Assembly: GCA_050954525.1 (NCBI GenBank)
Contig: JBPBPZ010000355.1
Location: 1 to 59,393 of the forward strand
Direction: 5' to 3'
DNA length: 59,393 nucleotides
Origin: Janthinobacterium lividum
Lineage (GTDB): Bacteria > Acidobacteriota > Terriglobia > Terriglobales > Acidobacteriaceae
Each line of letters opens with the position of its first letter. Within the stretch, counting starts at the first letter, position 1. Position numbers and translations under genes: made by a program. A model generated the notes under the pieces. The model was not told the DNA's origin. It made no database searches and saw only the letters and a list, made by a program, of their open reading frames with translations. Of the stretch, positions 1 through 9,675 are shown in pieces.

Positions 1-10
1 AACGACGAAC

Positions 11-1830
11 ATGCCTTACACCGGCACCGTTCCCGTCAGTGGCGGCACAGCACCCTACGTTTGCAACCTGACAGGTGGCAGTCTGCCTGCGGGGCTCACC
101 CTAGGGGCAAATTGCCAGATCACGGGCACGCCGACCGCTGCCGGGTCCACATCTGCCACGGTAACGGCCACAGACAGCAGCAACCCACGCAACACCGGCA
201 GCGGACCGATCACCGTCACCATCAAGCAGGGCACAACGACGCTTAGGTTTGGCACGCTGGCCACAGCTACCGTGAACAGCCCGTACACGGCCACCGTCCC
301 GGTGGCGGGTGGAACGGGACCCTACACCTGCACCCAAACGGGTGGAACGCTGCCCGCCGGTCTTCTGCTGAACACAAACTGCCAGGTCACAGGAACGCCC
401 ACCACAGCAAGCACCACGACGGTCAGCGTCCGGGCCACGGACACGGCGAACCCTGGCAGCACCGGCACAGGAAACGTGGCGATCACGGTAAACGCTGCGA
501 CCGCCACACTGACGTTTGGCACACCCGCCGCAGGCACGGTCAACGTGCCTTACACCGGCATGGTGCCCGTATCAGGGGGCACCGCGCCCTACACCTGCCA
601 GCAGGTGGGCGGTACATTGCCCGCAGGCCTGACGCTCGCGGGTAACTGCGCCATTACCGGTACGCCGACTGTTGCAGGCACGACGTATGTGAGCGTTAAG
701 GCGACGGACAGTGCTAATCCAACGGCCACTGCCACCGCCAACATCCCGGTCACGATCAACGCAACGGGGCCGACCCTGAACCTGGGCACGCCTGCGAACG
801 CAACCGTCAACCTGCCGTACACCGGAACCATCCCCGTGTCCGGTGGAACGGCGCCATACGTCTGCGCGCAGGCCGGCGGCACACTGCCCGCGGGTCTGGC
901 ATTGAACAGCAACTGCCAGATCACCGGCACGCCCACCGTCCCCGGAACCACGACAGTAACTGTGAACGTGGCGGATGCCGCAAACCCTGCCAACACCGCA
1001 ACGAAAGATGTACCGGTAACCGTGAACCCGGCGGGCGCACTGCTGACCTTTGGCAACCCACCGGCAGCCACCGTCAACGCGCCCTACACCGGAATGGTGC
1101 CGGTTGCGGGCGGAACCGCACCTTACACCTGCACGCTGGCCGGCGGCACACTGCCTGCAGGCTTGCTGATCAACAGCAACTGCCAGGTTGCCGGCACGCC
1201 GACCGTGGTGGGTTCTTCCACCGTCAGCGTTTCGGCGGCTGACAGCAGTAACCCGTCGATTACAAGCACGGGCAACGTCACAGTCACGGTAGATCCTGCC
1301 CCGGTGACCTTGACGATCAGCAACCCTCCTGTAGCGACCGTCAACACGCCCTACAGCGGCACCGTCCCGGTCGCTGGTGGAACCGCACCCTACGTCTGCA
1401 CGCTGGCGTCAGGTACGCTGCCAGCGGGGCTAACACTAGGGAATGGCTGCACCCTGACAGGTACGCCCACCGCGGTTGGAACGACCACCGTCGGCATCAC
1501 CGTAACCGACGGAGCGAACCCGACAGACACCAACACATTGCCGGTTGTCATCACGGTGCAACCCGTTCCGGCGCTTACCTTTAGCGGTTCGTTGCCGAAT
1601 GGCGTGGTCAACCAGGCATACGCGCAAACGCTGCAGGCGCAGGGTGGAGTCGGTCCGTACACGTACGCGCTCACCTCCGGACAGCTTCCTGCAGGCCTGA
1701 CGATGTCACCTGCCGGGTTCATCAGCGGCACCCCGGCGGCAGTGGGCGCAAGCAGCTTCACCGTCACTGCCACTGACAGCGAAGGCACACCCCAGACCGC
1801 CAGCTTGCCGCTCATCCTGCTGATTACCTA
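11..1830 (+). repeat. Intragenic tandem repeat, ~267 bp (89 aa) unit; six Cys-pair-containing copies plus a seventh Cys-less copy
   Basis: The GGTAPYxC motif recurs every 89 aa. Antisense stops at 55, 322, 589, 1123 and 1390 are spaced by multiples of 267. Confidence 0.85.
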
Positions 1831-3454
1831 TCCGCAGACGCCAACAAATGCCCTGCTGAACGGACCGTACGCGTTCCTCTTCCAGGGCTATGACGACGTT
1901 GTGGTGGGCGTGCTGGCGTACCAGACGGCGACGGTGGGCAGCTTTACCGCTGACGGCGCGGGCGCGGTCAACTCGGGTGAACTCGACAGCAATCACCAAG
2001 GCTCGAACCCCGCCGGCAACACGGTTGCCAGCCAGAACTTCCTGGGCAGCTACACGCTGGGAGCGGATCTGCGCGGCTCGCTGACCATCACCCGGCTCAA
2101 TACCGACGGCAGCGCGGCAGGTACAACGACCTATGCCCTGGCGTTAAAGGCTCCGGTCGCACCCGCAACCACGGTCAGCACCGGAGCGCTGATCGAGTAC
2201 GACGGCAACCAGACCGCCGGAACCAAGGGCACGGGAACATTGTTGCAGCAGGCACCAGCCGCCTTTGCCAGCGGCCTGACTGGCAGCTATGCCTACGGCG
2301 TCTTGGGCGACACACCCTGCCTGCCGGCCTGCACCGCAGGCCTGTCCGCTGGGCCAGTCGCCGGGGTTGGGCAGTTCAATGCTGTGGGCGGGGCTGTCAC
2401 AGCCGGTACGGCCGATACCAACGTAGCCGCTGCCAACTTCTCCAACTCAAACCTGAGCGGTACCTACGGAGCAGCAGACGGCAACGGCCGTGTGCAACTG
2501 GCGCTGAACACTTCCAGGCTGTCGGGAACTGCTTACCCGACGGACTACGCGGTGTACCTGGTCGACGCAAACAACGCCCTGGTGATGTCCACGGACAAGC
2601 ATTCGGCCTTCATTCTGCAGGCTGGCTCGGCTCGTCGGCAGACGCAGGCTACCTTTGACAGTACGTCGCTGGCTGCGCCCTTTGTTGGGTACGAAAACGC
2701 AGCCGTCAACCCGGGCCTGGTTGGCCAGACGCTCCAGAACGTGCTGAATCTTTCCACCGCAACGGTGTTCCGCGGCACTGGCAATGCGGACGGCACCTGC
2801 AACACCACCAACGTGGATGTTGGCGGAACCACCGGCCTGGTGAACACTCTGACCGGGCTCGGCGGCAGCGTTCCCGTGGGCACCGTCAGTGCGCTGCTGG
2901 GGACCTATGCCACCACCGGCAACAGCACCTGTGCGGTGCAGGGCAACGGCCGGGCAGTCTTTAACTACCACGCGCCATCTGGCCTGCTAGCCACCACCAT
3001 TGCGCTGCTCGGCCTGGGAGGAACCACACCTGCACCGCGCGTGGTCTACCTGACAAGCCCGGACGCAGGCTACTTCCTGGAAACCGGCTACGCCGCTCTT
3101 GGCACGCTGGAAGCCCAGACCGGCCAGCCCTTCTCCCTGCAAACGCTGAACGGAACCTTTGTCTACAGCACCGTTCCGGCAAGCACGCTGGCCACCGTCA
3201 ACAGTTCGGGCGTCTTCGCTGCCGACGGGCAAGGACACGCAACCTCCACCCTGGATGAGAACGTGGGCATCGGCACCCTGAACGTGCTGCAACTGGGCAT
3301 AGCCGGATCAGCCAACTACTTCCTTACGGACGCAATCGCTGGCCGGTACCTCCTCGGTACCTCCCGCGTAATCTACGCGATCGTGCCTGGCAGGTTTGTC
3401 CTGCTGGAAGCGGACGCCGTAAGCACCACGCCGTACATCGCTCTGCTGTTCTAA
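11..3454 (+). CDS. Large surface protein with tandem putative Ig (He_PIG/cadherin-like) repeats and a C-terminal beta-rich domain; probably truncated at the 5' window edge
   Basis: 1147-aa ORF whose frame is open to the window start (ACG ACG AAC ATG). No signal peptide is visible. Repeated PYTGTVPVxGGTAPYxC...GxLPAGLxL...C.ITGTPT motif. Confidence 0.85.
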   Translation: MPYTGTVPVSGGTAPYVCNLTGGSLPAGLTLGANCQITGTPTAAGSTSATVTATDSSNPRNTGSGPITVTIKQGTTTLRFGTLATATVNSPYTATVPVAGGTGPYTCTQTGGTLPAGLLLNTNCQVTGTPTTASTTTVSVRATDTANPGSTGTGNVAITVNAATATLTFGTPAAGTVNVPYTGMVPVSGGTAPYTCQQVGGTLPAGLTLAGNCAITGTPTVAGTTYVSVKATDSANPTATATANIPVTINATGPTLNLGTPANATVNLPYTGTIPVSGGTAPYVCAQAGGTLPAGLALNSNCQITGTPTVPGTTTVTVNVADAANPANTATKDVPVTVNPAGALLTFGNPPAATVNAPYTGMVPVAGGTAPYTCTLAGGTLPAGLLINSNCQVAGTPTVVGSSTVSVSAADSSNPSITSTGNVTVTVDPAPVTLTISNPPVATVNTPYSGTVPVAGGTAPYVCTLASGTLPAGLTLGNGCTLTGTPTAVGTTTVGITVTDGANPTDTNTLPVVITVQPVPALTFSGSLPNGVVNQAYAQTLQAQGGVGPYTYALTSGQLPAGLTMSPAGFISGTPAAVGASSFTVTATDSEGTPQTASLPLILLITYPQTPTNALLNGPYAFLFQGYDDVVVGVLAYQTATVGSFTADGAGAVNSGELDSNHQGSNPAGNTVASQNFLGSYTLGADLRGSLTITRLNTDGSAAGTTTYALALKAPVAPATTVSTGALIEYDGNQTAGTKGTGTLLQQAPAAFASGLTGSYAYGVLGDTPCLPACTAGLSAGPVAGVGQFNAVGGAVTAGTADTNVAAANFSNSNLSGTYGAADGNGRVQLALNTSRLSGTAYPTDYAVYLVDANNALVMSTDKHSAFILQAGSARRQTQATFDSTSLAAPFVGYENAAVNPGLVGQTLQNVLNLSTATVFRGTGNADGTCNTTNVDVGGTTGLVNTLTGLGGSVPVGTVSALLGTYATTGNSTCAVQGNGRAVFNYHAPSGLLATTIALLGLGGTTPAPRVVYLTSPDAGYFLETGYAALGTLEAQTGQPFSLQTLNGTFVYSTVPASTLATVNSSGVFAADGQGHATSTLDENVGIGTLNVLQLGIAGSANYFLTDAIAGRYLLGTSRVIYAIVPGRFVLLEADAVSTTPYIALLF

Positions 3455-3505
3455 CTGCAGCCAGTTACACCAGCGCCGGGCCCCCGGGCCCGGCCACGGA
3501 AAGGA

Positions 3506-4141
3506 ATGGAGACCGTTATGCGTTCGCTCACAATGGTGGTTCTGCTGTCTGCCCTTACAACTCCCGGCACCCACGCGCAGGTACGGTATGACGCTTCACC
3601 GTACGTTCCACGCGTAACCGTCGCCGGGGGATACCAGTATCTGCGCGCCAACGCTCCACCGGCTGCCTGCAACTGCTTCAGCACCAACGGTGGCTTCGTC
3701 TCTGCCGGATATACCTTTCGTTACTGGCTGCGCGGCGTGGCCGAGGTCACCGGCAGCCATGGCAACAATATCGGTCCGCTTGGACAGAACCTGACCCTGC
3801 TCACCTATACCGCAGGTCCGCAGGTTGTTCTGCATACCAGGCGTTTCGAGCCCTTTGCGCAGGCGCTGTTCGGGGCAGCGCACGGCAGCGACTCGTACTT
3901 TCCATCCGCGACCACTTACTCCACATCTGCCACTAGCTTTGCGTACCAGATGGGTGGCGGCATTGACTACAACCTGAGCCACCGGTTCTCGGTTCGTGCG
4001 ATCGAAGCCCAGTACCTGCATACGGGCTTTCCTAACGGCACAAACAGTTCTCAGAATCACCTGATGCTTGGTGCCGGTATCGTTTGGAAACTTCATGGCT
4101 CGCTTTGGTCGCCAAATCCCGGTCACCGCAAACGCCTGTAA
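3506..4141 (+). CDS. Small outer-membrane beta-barrel protein (OmpA/OmpW-like membrane domain)
   Basis: Signal peptide ending THA-Q; alternating aromatic beta-strands (YTAGPQ, PFAQALFG, GGGIDY, LGAGIVW). Confidence 0.75.
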   Translation: METVMRSLTMVVLLSALTTPGTHAQVRYDASPYVPRVTVAGGYQYLRANAPPAACNCFSTNGGFVSAGYTFRYWLRGVAEVTGSHGNNIGPLGQNLTLLTYTAGPQVVLHTRRFEPFAQALFGAAHGSDSYFPSATTYSTSATSFAYQMGGGIDYNLSHRFSVRAIEAQYLHTGFPNGTNSSQNHLMLGAGIVWKLHGSLWSPNPGHRKRL

Positions 4142-4198
4142 ACGGATCAAAGGGGCAGCTTGAGCTTCGTTGCAAGTGTTCGGTGAGGCCTTCTACAA

Positions 4199-4233
4199 AC
4201 ACAGAGGGGACCGCTTGGCGGCCCCCTCTGTGT
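4199..4233. terminator. Hairpin between convergent genes, probable bidirectional terminator
   Basis: ACACAGAGGGG-ACCGC..GCGG-CCCCCTCTGTGT inverted repeat. Confidence 0.7.
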
Positions 4234-4251
4234 GAACTCGATGAGCAGAAG

Positions 4252-4989
4252 TTAGTTCTTCGTCATCTTGAAGCCGGTGACCATGGCATCGGTGTTATGG
4301 GCAAAGCGGATGCCGTAGACGCCGTCGGTCGTCTTCAGCTTGCCGTCGCTTACCACCGCTGACTTGTCATAGCTGCCGACCGTTACGTCGTTGATGATGC
4401 ACGAAACCTTGTCGCCCTTCACCTGCATGGCGATCTTCTGCGTCACGGGCTCGCCAGGAGCGCTGGCCTTATGTACGGCATCGTTTGCTTCGCCACGGCC
4501 ATTCAACTGGAACGGAGCAGGGGAGAAGCCGCGCACAATGAACCGCCCATTGCCGTAAGCCGCACAGTACAGGCCGCTTTCATCGGCGCTGCCCATGCCG
4601 TTGCCTGCAATCACCAGGCCATAGGGGTGCGGATGCGAGTTGCGATTCATGTACTTCGGCTCGTTAAAAGTGGCCGTTACGGTGTAGTCGCCGGTCGCCT
4701 TCATGGACGGGTTCCAGTAGGTAATGGCCGGGCCGGTGGTGATGTGGAAGCCGTCGCCTTCCTTGCTGAACTTTGCGTCCTTTTCCGTCTGGCCCTGCTT
4801 GGCCGCGCCTTCATCTACCTTGCCCATCCATCCCGGAACAAAGATGCCGCCATTGGCAATGGGTTCAGCTTTCTCTTCCATGTGCATGCCACCCATGCCG
4901 CCGGCAGGGGGTGCCTGCTGCGCGTGCAGAACGACCGGGGCAAAGCTGAGGGTGGTAAGGGCGAGCGTGCAACAAAGTGCGTGGCGCAT
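4252..4989 (-). CDS. Secreted hypothetical protein, probable beta-sandwich (DUF1080/LamG-like)
   Basis: Signal peptide ending LHA-Q; beta-rich core with GDYTVTATF and GVYGIRF motifs; high-expression-like codon usage. Confidence 0.6.
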   Translation of the reverse strand: MRHALCCTLALTTLSFAPVVLHAQQAPPAGGMGGMHMEEKAEPIANGGIFVPGWMGKVDEGAAKQGQTEKDAKFSKEGDGFHITTGPAITYWNPSMKATGDYTVTATFNEPKYMNRNSHPHPYGLVIAGNGMGSADESGLYCAAYGNGRFIVRGFSPAPFQLNGRGEANDAVHKASAPGEPVTQKIAMQVKGDKVSCIINDVTVGSYDKSAVVSDGKLKTTDGVYGIRFAHNTDAMVTGFKMTKN

Positions 4990-5303
4990 GTGTGTTTTTC
5001 CTTAGTTGGTGCAAAGTCACCGGCGCTGGGCGCGGGCGGAGCGTTCGGCCCAATTCTATGCCCGGCGCGTAACAGCCCGCCAAACAATCTCGCGGCTACT
5101 GCTCCTGCACAACAACTGCAACCGCCATCCTGAGCAAAAACAAAACTTCTTGCAAGAAACTTGGAGGCCGGTAGGTTTGGACAGGACTTCGGAATACTTC
5201 GGTCGTTACGCCGGACAGGATGACGGTCGCGAGAGCAGGACAGGTAGAGGAACGGTATGCTCAAGCCATCCGCCACCTATCTCTCCCCGGGAGAAATGTA
5301 CGC

Positions 5304-7541
5304 ATGCCACGTCGCTGCCTTGTTCTGTTGATTGCGTTGTGTACCACGCCCTTGCCCGCGCAGAAGCCAGCAGCGCAGACCAGCCATTTCAGCGTTGCCG
5401 AAGCGCTGTCCGCACCCTTCATGAACCAGCTGACCGCCGCCCCTGCAAAAAGCCGCGTCGCGTGGTTTGTGGATCAGGAGGGCAGTCGAAACGTATGGGT
5501 CGCGTCGCCCACAGAAAAGGCGCACGCGGTCACTCACTACACAGCGGATGACGGCCAGGACATTGACGACATCACCTGGGCGCCCGACGCGGAGGCGGTC
5601 GCGTATACCCATGGCACCGGCCCGGAAGGTTCCGAACATCCCGCCGCCGCTAACCCCGCGCATCTGCAAAGCGATGTGAAGCAGCGTGTTGAAGTCGCCA
5701 CCGTCAGCGGCGTGGTCAAGGTGATCGGCGAAGGCCACGCGCCACTGTTCTCCGCAGACGGCAGGCAGGTCTACTTCCTGCGTCACGGCCAGATCTGGTT
5801 TGCAAACCTGACCGATTCGAAGTCACAGGCCTCAACCGAAGCGAAGGCAGAACAACTCGTCCAGGCACATGGCAGTGCCTCGCAACTGCGGCTCTCTCCT
5901 GACGGCACGAGGCTGGCGTTCGTCTCGCATCGCGGCGATCACAGCTTTATCGGCGTGTTCGACCTTGGGAAGAAGTTACTGACCTACGTCGATCCGGGTA
6001 CAGGTCTGGACCACGATCCATCGTGGTCGCTCGATTCAAAGCGCATCGCGTTTATTCGCGAATCGCCCATCGTGAGCGAACTCGATCTGCGATGGATGCG
6101 CTCGGTTCCCGTGCCGTGGTCCATCCGCATCGCCGATGTTTCCAGCGGTGCAGGCAAGCAGGTGTGGCAGGCCGACGCGGGCACCGGCTCGCTGTTCCAC
6201 GAGATAGTCGCAAAGAACCAACTGCTATGGATGAACGATGGTCGCATCGTCTTCCCGTGGGAGAAGACCGGATGGCTGCACCTGTACTCACTTGCACCAG
6301 ATACAAAGACGGCGCAGCTACTGACGCCGGGCGACTTTGAGATAGATAACGTAGTTACCGATGGCAAGCTGCTTGTTTACAGCAGCAATCAGGTTCTCTC
6401 TGATCTGACAGATGCTGACCGAAAACACATTTGGTCTGTCTCAGATAACGTCCACGCACCGGTACCAGCGACACAAGGCGACGGGATCGAGACGGATCCT
6501 GCATTACTGTCAGATGGCAACCTAGTGGTTTTGGCAGGAAGCAGCGACCATTGGTTCGTCCCAGCAACCATTGGCACTAGAAATCTGACGCAGCAACCAT
6601 TTGCAAGCGTGAACCCGATTGATCTGACGTGCAACATCAATGGTCAGCAATCCCAATTCGAGCTATGCGAGCGCGAGTCAAGGAGCAAAGCCGCATTCCG
6701 GGCCCTTATGGAAGGGCATGCTGAACGAACCGCAGCACCGCGTTTTGTTACACCAAAGTTAGTCACCTACGCCGCAGTCGACAACCTGCAAATTCACGCT
6801 CAACTCTTCCTGCCGAAAGACGCAAAGCCCTCGGACAAACTCCCCACCATCGTCTTCTTCCACGGTGGATCGCGCCGCCAGATGCTGCTCGGCTACAACC
6901 CGATGCAGTACTACGCGCAGACATACGAGATGAACCAGTACTTCGCCAATCATGGCTATGCCGTGCTCAGCGTGAATTACCGCAGCGGTATCGGCTACGG
7001 CATGGAGTTTCGGCAGGCCCAGCACTACGGTGCGTTCGGCGGGTCGGAGTACCTGGACATCGAAGGCGCGGTGAAATGGCTGAAGGCGCAGCCATGGTGT
7101 GATACCAAACGCATCGGTGCGTGGGGTGGTAGTTATGGAGGTTACCTAACTGGTCTTGCGCTCGCACGTGATTCTGCGGACTTCGCCGCGGGTGTCGACC
7201 TGCACGGCGTACACGACTGGAGCTATGAGCTCGACCTGTGGAAGCCAACCAGCGACCCGGCGCATGACACCTCCGCCGCTGCAAAGGTCGCTCTTGAAGC
7301 CTCACCCATGGCCGATGTCGGGAAGTGGAAGAGCCCGGTTCTGTTGATGCAGGGCGATGACGACCGCAATGTGCTGTTCGGCCAGACAGTCCGGCTGGCA
7401 GCCGCGCTACGAGCTCAGGGTGTCACGGTAGAGGAAAAAATCTTCCCGGACGAAGTTCACGACTTCCTTTTGCACAAGGATTGGATCACTGCGTTCGAAC
7501 TGGCAGCTGACTTTTTTGATCGTCACCTGAAAGCGCATTAG
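5304..7541 (+). CDS. S9 (prolyl oligopeptidase/DPP family) secreted serine peptidase
   Basis: GGSYGG nucleophile elbow, GDDDRNV Asp and EVHDF His; N-terminal PD40-like propeller repeats; signal peptide from MPRRCLVLL (start chosen at 5304). Confidence 0.9.
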   Translation: MPRRCLVLLIALCTTPLPAQKPAAQTSHFSVAEALSAPFMNQLTAAPAKSRVAWFVDQEGSRNVWVASPTEKAHAVTHYTADDGQDIDDITWAPDAEAVAYTHGTGPEGSEHPAAANPAHLQSDVKQRVEVATVSGVVKVIGEGHAPLFSADGRQVYFLRHGQIWFANLTDSKSQASTEAKAEQLVQAHGSASQLRLSPDGTRLAFVSHRGDHSFIGVFDLGKKLLTYVDPGTGLDHDPSWSLDSKRIAFIRESPIVSELDLRWMRSVPVPWSIRIADVSSGAGKQVWQADAGTGSLFHEIVAKNQLLWMNDGRIVFPWEKTGWLHLYSLAPDTKTAQLLTPGDFEIDNVVTDGKLLVYSSNQVLSDLTDADRKHIWSVSDNVHAPVPATQGDGIETDPALLSDGNLVVLAGSSDHWFVPATIGTRNLTQQPFASVNPIDLTCNINGQQSQFELCERESRSKAAFRALMEGHAERTAAPRFVTPKLVTYAAVDNLQIHAQLFLPKDAKPSDKLPTIVFFHGGSRRQMLLGYNPMQYYAQTYEMNQYFANHGYAVLSVNYRSGIGYGMEFRQAQHYGAFGGSEYLDIEGAVKWLKAQPWCDTKRIGAWGGSYGGYLTGLALARDSADFAAGVDLHGVHDWSYELDLWKPTSDPAHDTSAAAKVALEASPMADVGKWKSPVLLMQGDDDRNVLFGQTVRLAAALRAQGVTVEEKIFPDEVHDFLLHKDWITAFELAADFFDRHLKAH

Positions 7542-7686
7542 GAGCACGTTTCAGACCGCGAATCAGTACTTTCGTGCAGGTTCCGCAGCTTATTTGTAGC
7601 TCTCAGGTCCACTTTGCAGTGGATTTGAGAGCCGCTGGAACGTGACCTGCGTCCGCTTTTTAGAGTCGTAGAGCTGCAGAAAGAAA

Positions 7687-7726
7687 GCAGATCCCTCGAC
7701 TCCGCGACACTCGCTCAGGATGACGG
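7687..7726. repeat. REP-like element (GATCC...CGCTCAGGATGAC family), intergenic copy
   Basis: GCAGATCCCTCGACTCCGCGACACTCGCTCAGGATGACGG shares the GCTCAGGATGACG end with the copies at 22855, 25287 and 26276. Confidence 0.7.
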
Positions 7727-7752
7727 ACTTCGTGGCGTGCGACCATGGAAGG

Positions 7753-9063
7753 ATGTCCGCACGAGCTCACTTCAGCAAGCATTCCAAGACTTCACGGCAA
7801 GACGATCGCGAGCACACACCGGAAGTGCTGGAGGCTGATGAAGCAGGCCCTGCCGCCGTAATCAGCCGGCGCGCTGCGGATCGACTACGAGCGGGTCACC
7901 TGTGGGTTTATCGCAGCGATGTGGAGTCCCTGATCCCATCGTTGGGCAGCATGGAACCCGTGCCCGGCGCATTGCTTACGCTGCTGGACAGTCGTCGGAT
8001 CCCGCTTGGAACCGCTCTTTACAGCGCGGCTTCGCAGCTCAGCCTGCGCAAAATCTCGGGTGAGCCGAAGGTTGGCCGCGGCGAATACCTGGACGATGTC
8101 GCCACGCGCGTTCGTGCAGCGCTTGCATTGCGGATGCCGATGCTTGTCCCGGGCAACACCGATTCGGTTCGCCTGATCTTCTCTGAGGCGGACGGCCTGC
8201 CGGGCATTGTGGCCGACCGCTATTGCAACCTGGTGGTGCTGCAATTGCTGACGCAGGGCACAGCGCAGGATGACCTGCGTGAAGTGCTTGCCCACGAGCT
8301 TTCGCAGGCAGATGGCGTGGACATGATTGTGGAGCGGCCCGACCCACGCATCCGCGAACTGGAACAGCTGCCCGCGCCGTCAGCATCGCCGCTGTTTCAA
8401 CGGGAGGGGGCCGAGGCAAAGACGGTCTTCACGCTGAATGGTCTGCGCCTGCACTATGACGCTAATGCAGGGCAGAAGACGGGTGCCTTTCTGGACCAGC
8501 GCCTGAACTATGCTGCCGCTGCGGCGTATGCGCATGGCGAGGCTTTGGACATCTGCACCTACCAGGGCGGATTCGCGTTGCACCTTGCCAAAGCCTGTAC
8601 GCATGTCACAGGTGTGGATCAAAGCCGTGCGGCGCTTGAGGTCGCAGAATCAAACCTCGATCTGAATCGCGGGGCGCTGCAGGCAGAGGTGGACTGGATG
8701 GAAGCCGATGCCTTCGAACTATTGCGCGCATGGGACGCGGAAGGCCGTCGCTTTGACACGGTCGTGCTGGATCCGCCTGCATTTGCAAAAACCAAACGTG
8801 CGGCAGAAGGCGCCATGCGCGGCTACAAGGAAATGAATTTGCGTGCCCTGCGCATGCTTCGACCGGGTGGCACGTTGATCACCTGCTCCTGCTCTCACCA
8901 TGTCAGTCGCGAGGACTTCATCGGAGTGGTGGCCAGCGCGGCTGCCGACGCGGGCCGCCACGTGCGTCTGTTGGAAACGCGGGGTGCGGCACCGGATCAT
9001 CCAGAGGTGTTGACCCTGCCCGAGACCGCTTACCTGAAATGCCTGATTGCGCAGGTGGACTGA
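7753..9063 (+). CDS. rlmI: Class I SAM-dependent rRNA methyltransferase (RlmI/23S m5C1962 family)
   Basis: PUA-like GHLWVY, SEADGLPG, GQKTGAFLDQR, LDPPAF, TCSCS, DHP...PETAYLK motifs. Confidence 0.85.
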   Translation: MSARAHFSKHSKTSRQDDREHTPEVLEADEAGPAAVISRRAADRLRAGHLWVYRSDVESLIPSLGSMEPVPGALLTLLDSRRIPLGTALYSAASQLSLRKISGEPKVGRGEYLDDVATRVRAALALRMPMLVPGNTDSVRLIFSEADGLPGIVADRYCNLVVLQLLTQGTAQDDLREVLAHELSQADGVDMIVERPDPRIRELEQLPAPSASPLFQREGAEAKTVFTLNGLRLHYDANAGQKTGAFLDQRLNYAAAAAYAHGEALDICTYQGGFALHLAKACTHVTGVDQSRAALEVAESNLDLNRGALQAEVDWMEADAFELLRAWDAEGRRFDTVVLDPPAFAKTKRAAEGAMRGYKEMNLRALRMLRPGGTLITCSCSHHVSREDFIGVVASAAADAGRHVRLLETRGAAPDHPEVLTLPETAYLKCLIAQVD

Positions 9064-9093
9064 CGCTGGTGGCGTTGTGATTACCCAGGCAGC

Positions 9094-9138
9094 AGAAAGA
9101 GCAAAGGATCGTGCCTGGCACGATCCTTTGCTCTTTCT
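9094..9138. terminator. Perfect 22-bp inverted repeat between convergent rlmI and osmC; bidirectional terminator
   Basis: AGAAAGAGCAAAGGATCGTGCC-T-GGCACGATCCTTTGCTCTTTCT. Confidence 0.8.
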
Positions 9139-9152
9139 ACGAACTTCCGAAT

Positions 9153-9584
9153 CTAGTTAAGCTTGGCGTCGAGCGTGATTTCTGCGGCTGCGAGTAGGCG
9201 CGAGATGGGGCAGTTTTCCTTTGCGCCCTTTGCAATCTCCTGGAACTTCGCTTCATCCAGGCCGGGAACTTTTGCATCGGTCTTGAGATGGATTTTGGTC
9301 ACCGTGGGCGCGCCATTCACAAACTCCAGAACCACCGCTGCCGTGGTGGCGACCTCGTCGGCCTTGCTGCCGGCCTTTTCCAGTTCAGCAGAAAGCGCCA
9401 TGGAAAAACAGCCCGCGTGTGCTGCCGCAATCAGTTCCTCAGGGTTGGTTCCCGTGCCGTTCTCAAAGCGCGACACAAACGTGTAGCTCTGGTCCTTAAG
9501 GACGCCGCTCCCGGTTGTGACCGTGCCTTTGCCGTCCTTTAAACCGCCCTGCCAAACTGCACTGCTGCTGCGTTCCGTTGCCAT
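9153..9584 (-). CDS. osmC: OsmC family peroxiredoxin
   Basis: [20 protein letters not shown] and AKENCPIS motifs; GAGGAG RBS upstream of the ATG at 9584. Confidence 0.93.
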   Translation of the reverse strand: MATERSSSAVWQGGLKDGKGTVTTGSGVLKDQSYTFVSRFENGTGTNPEELIAAAHAGCFSMALSAELEKAGSKADEVATTAAVVLEFVNGAPTVTKIHLKTDAKVPGLDEAKFQEIAKGAKENCPISRLLAAAEITLDAKLN

Positions 9585-9675
9585 AAGACTCTCCTCTGCG
9601 TGTGGCGTCCATCGCCTGGACGCGCCTGTTATGTGATGTGCTGGCGGCAAAGGGGTTGCGCCAGTTGCTCTGCGG

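Noticed and set aside
55-1815. Periodic minus-strand ORFs and repeats that might suggest a CRISPR or DNA repeat array
   Set aside because: The 267-bp period is explained by degenerate protein repeats on the + strand; there are no identical short repeats with unique spacers.
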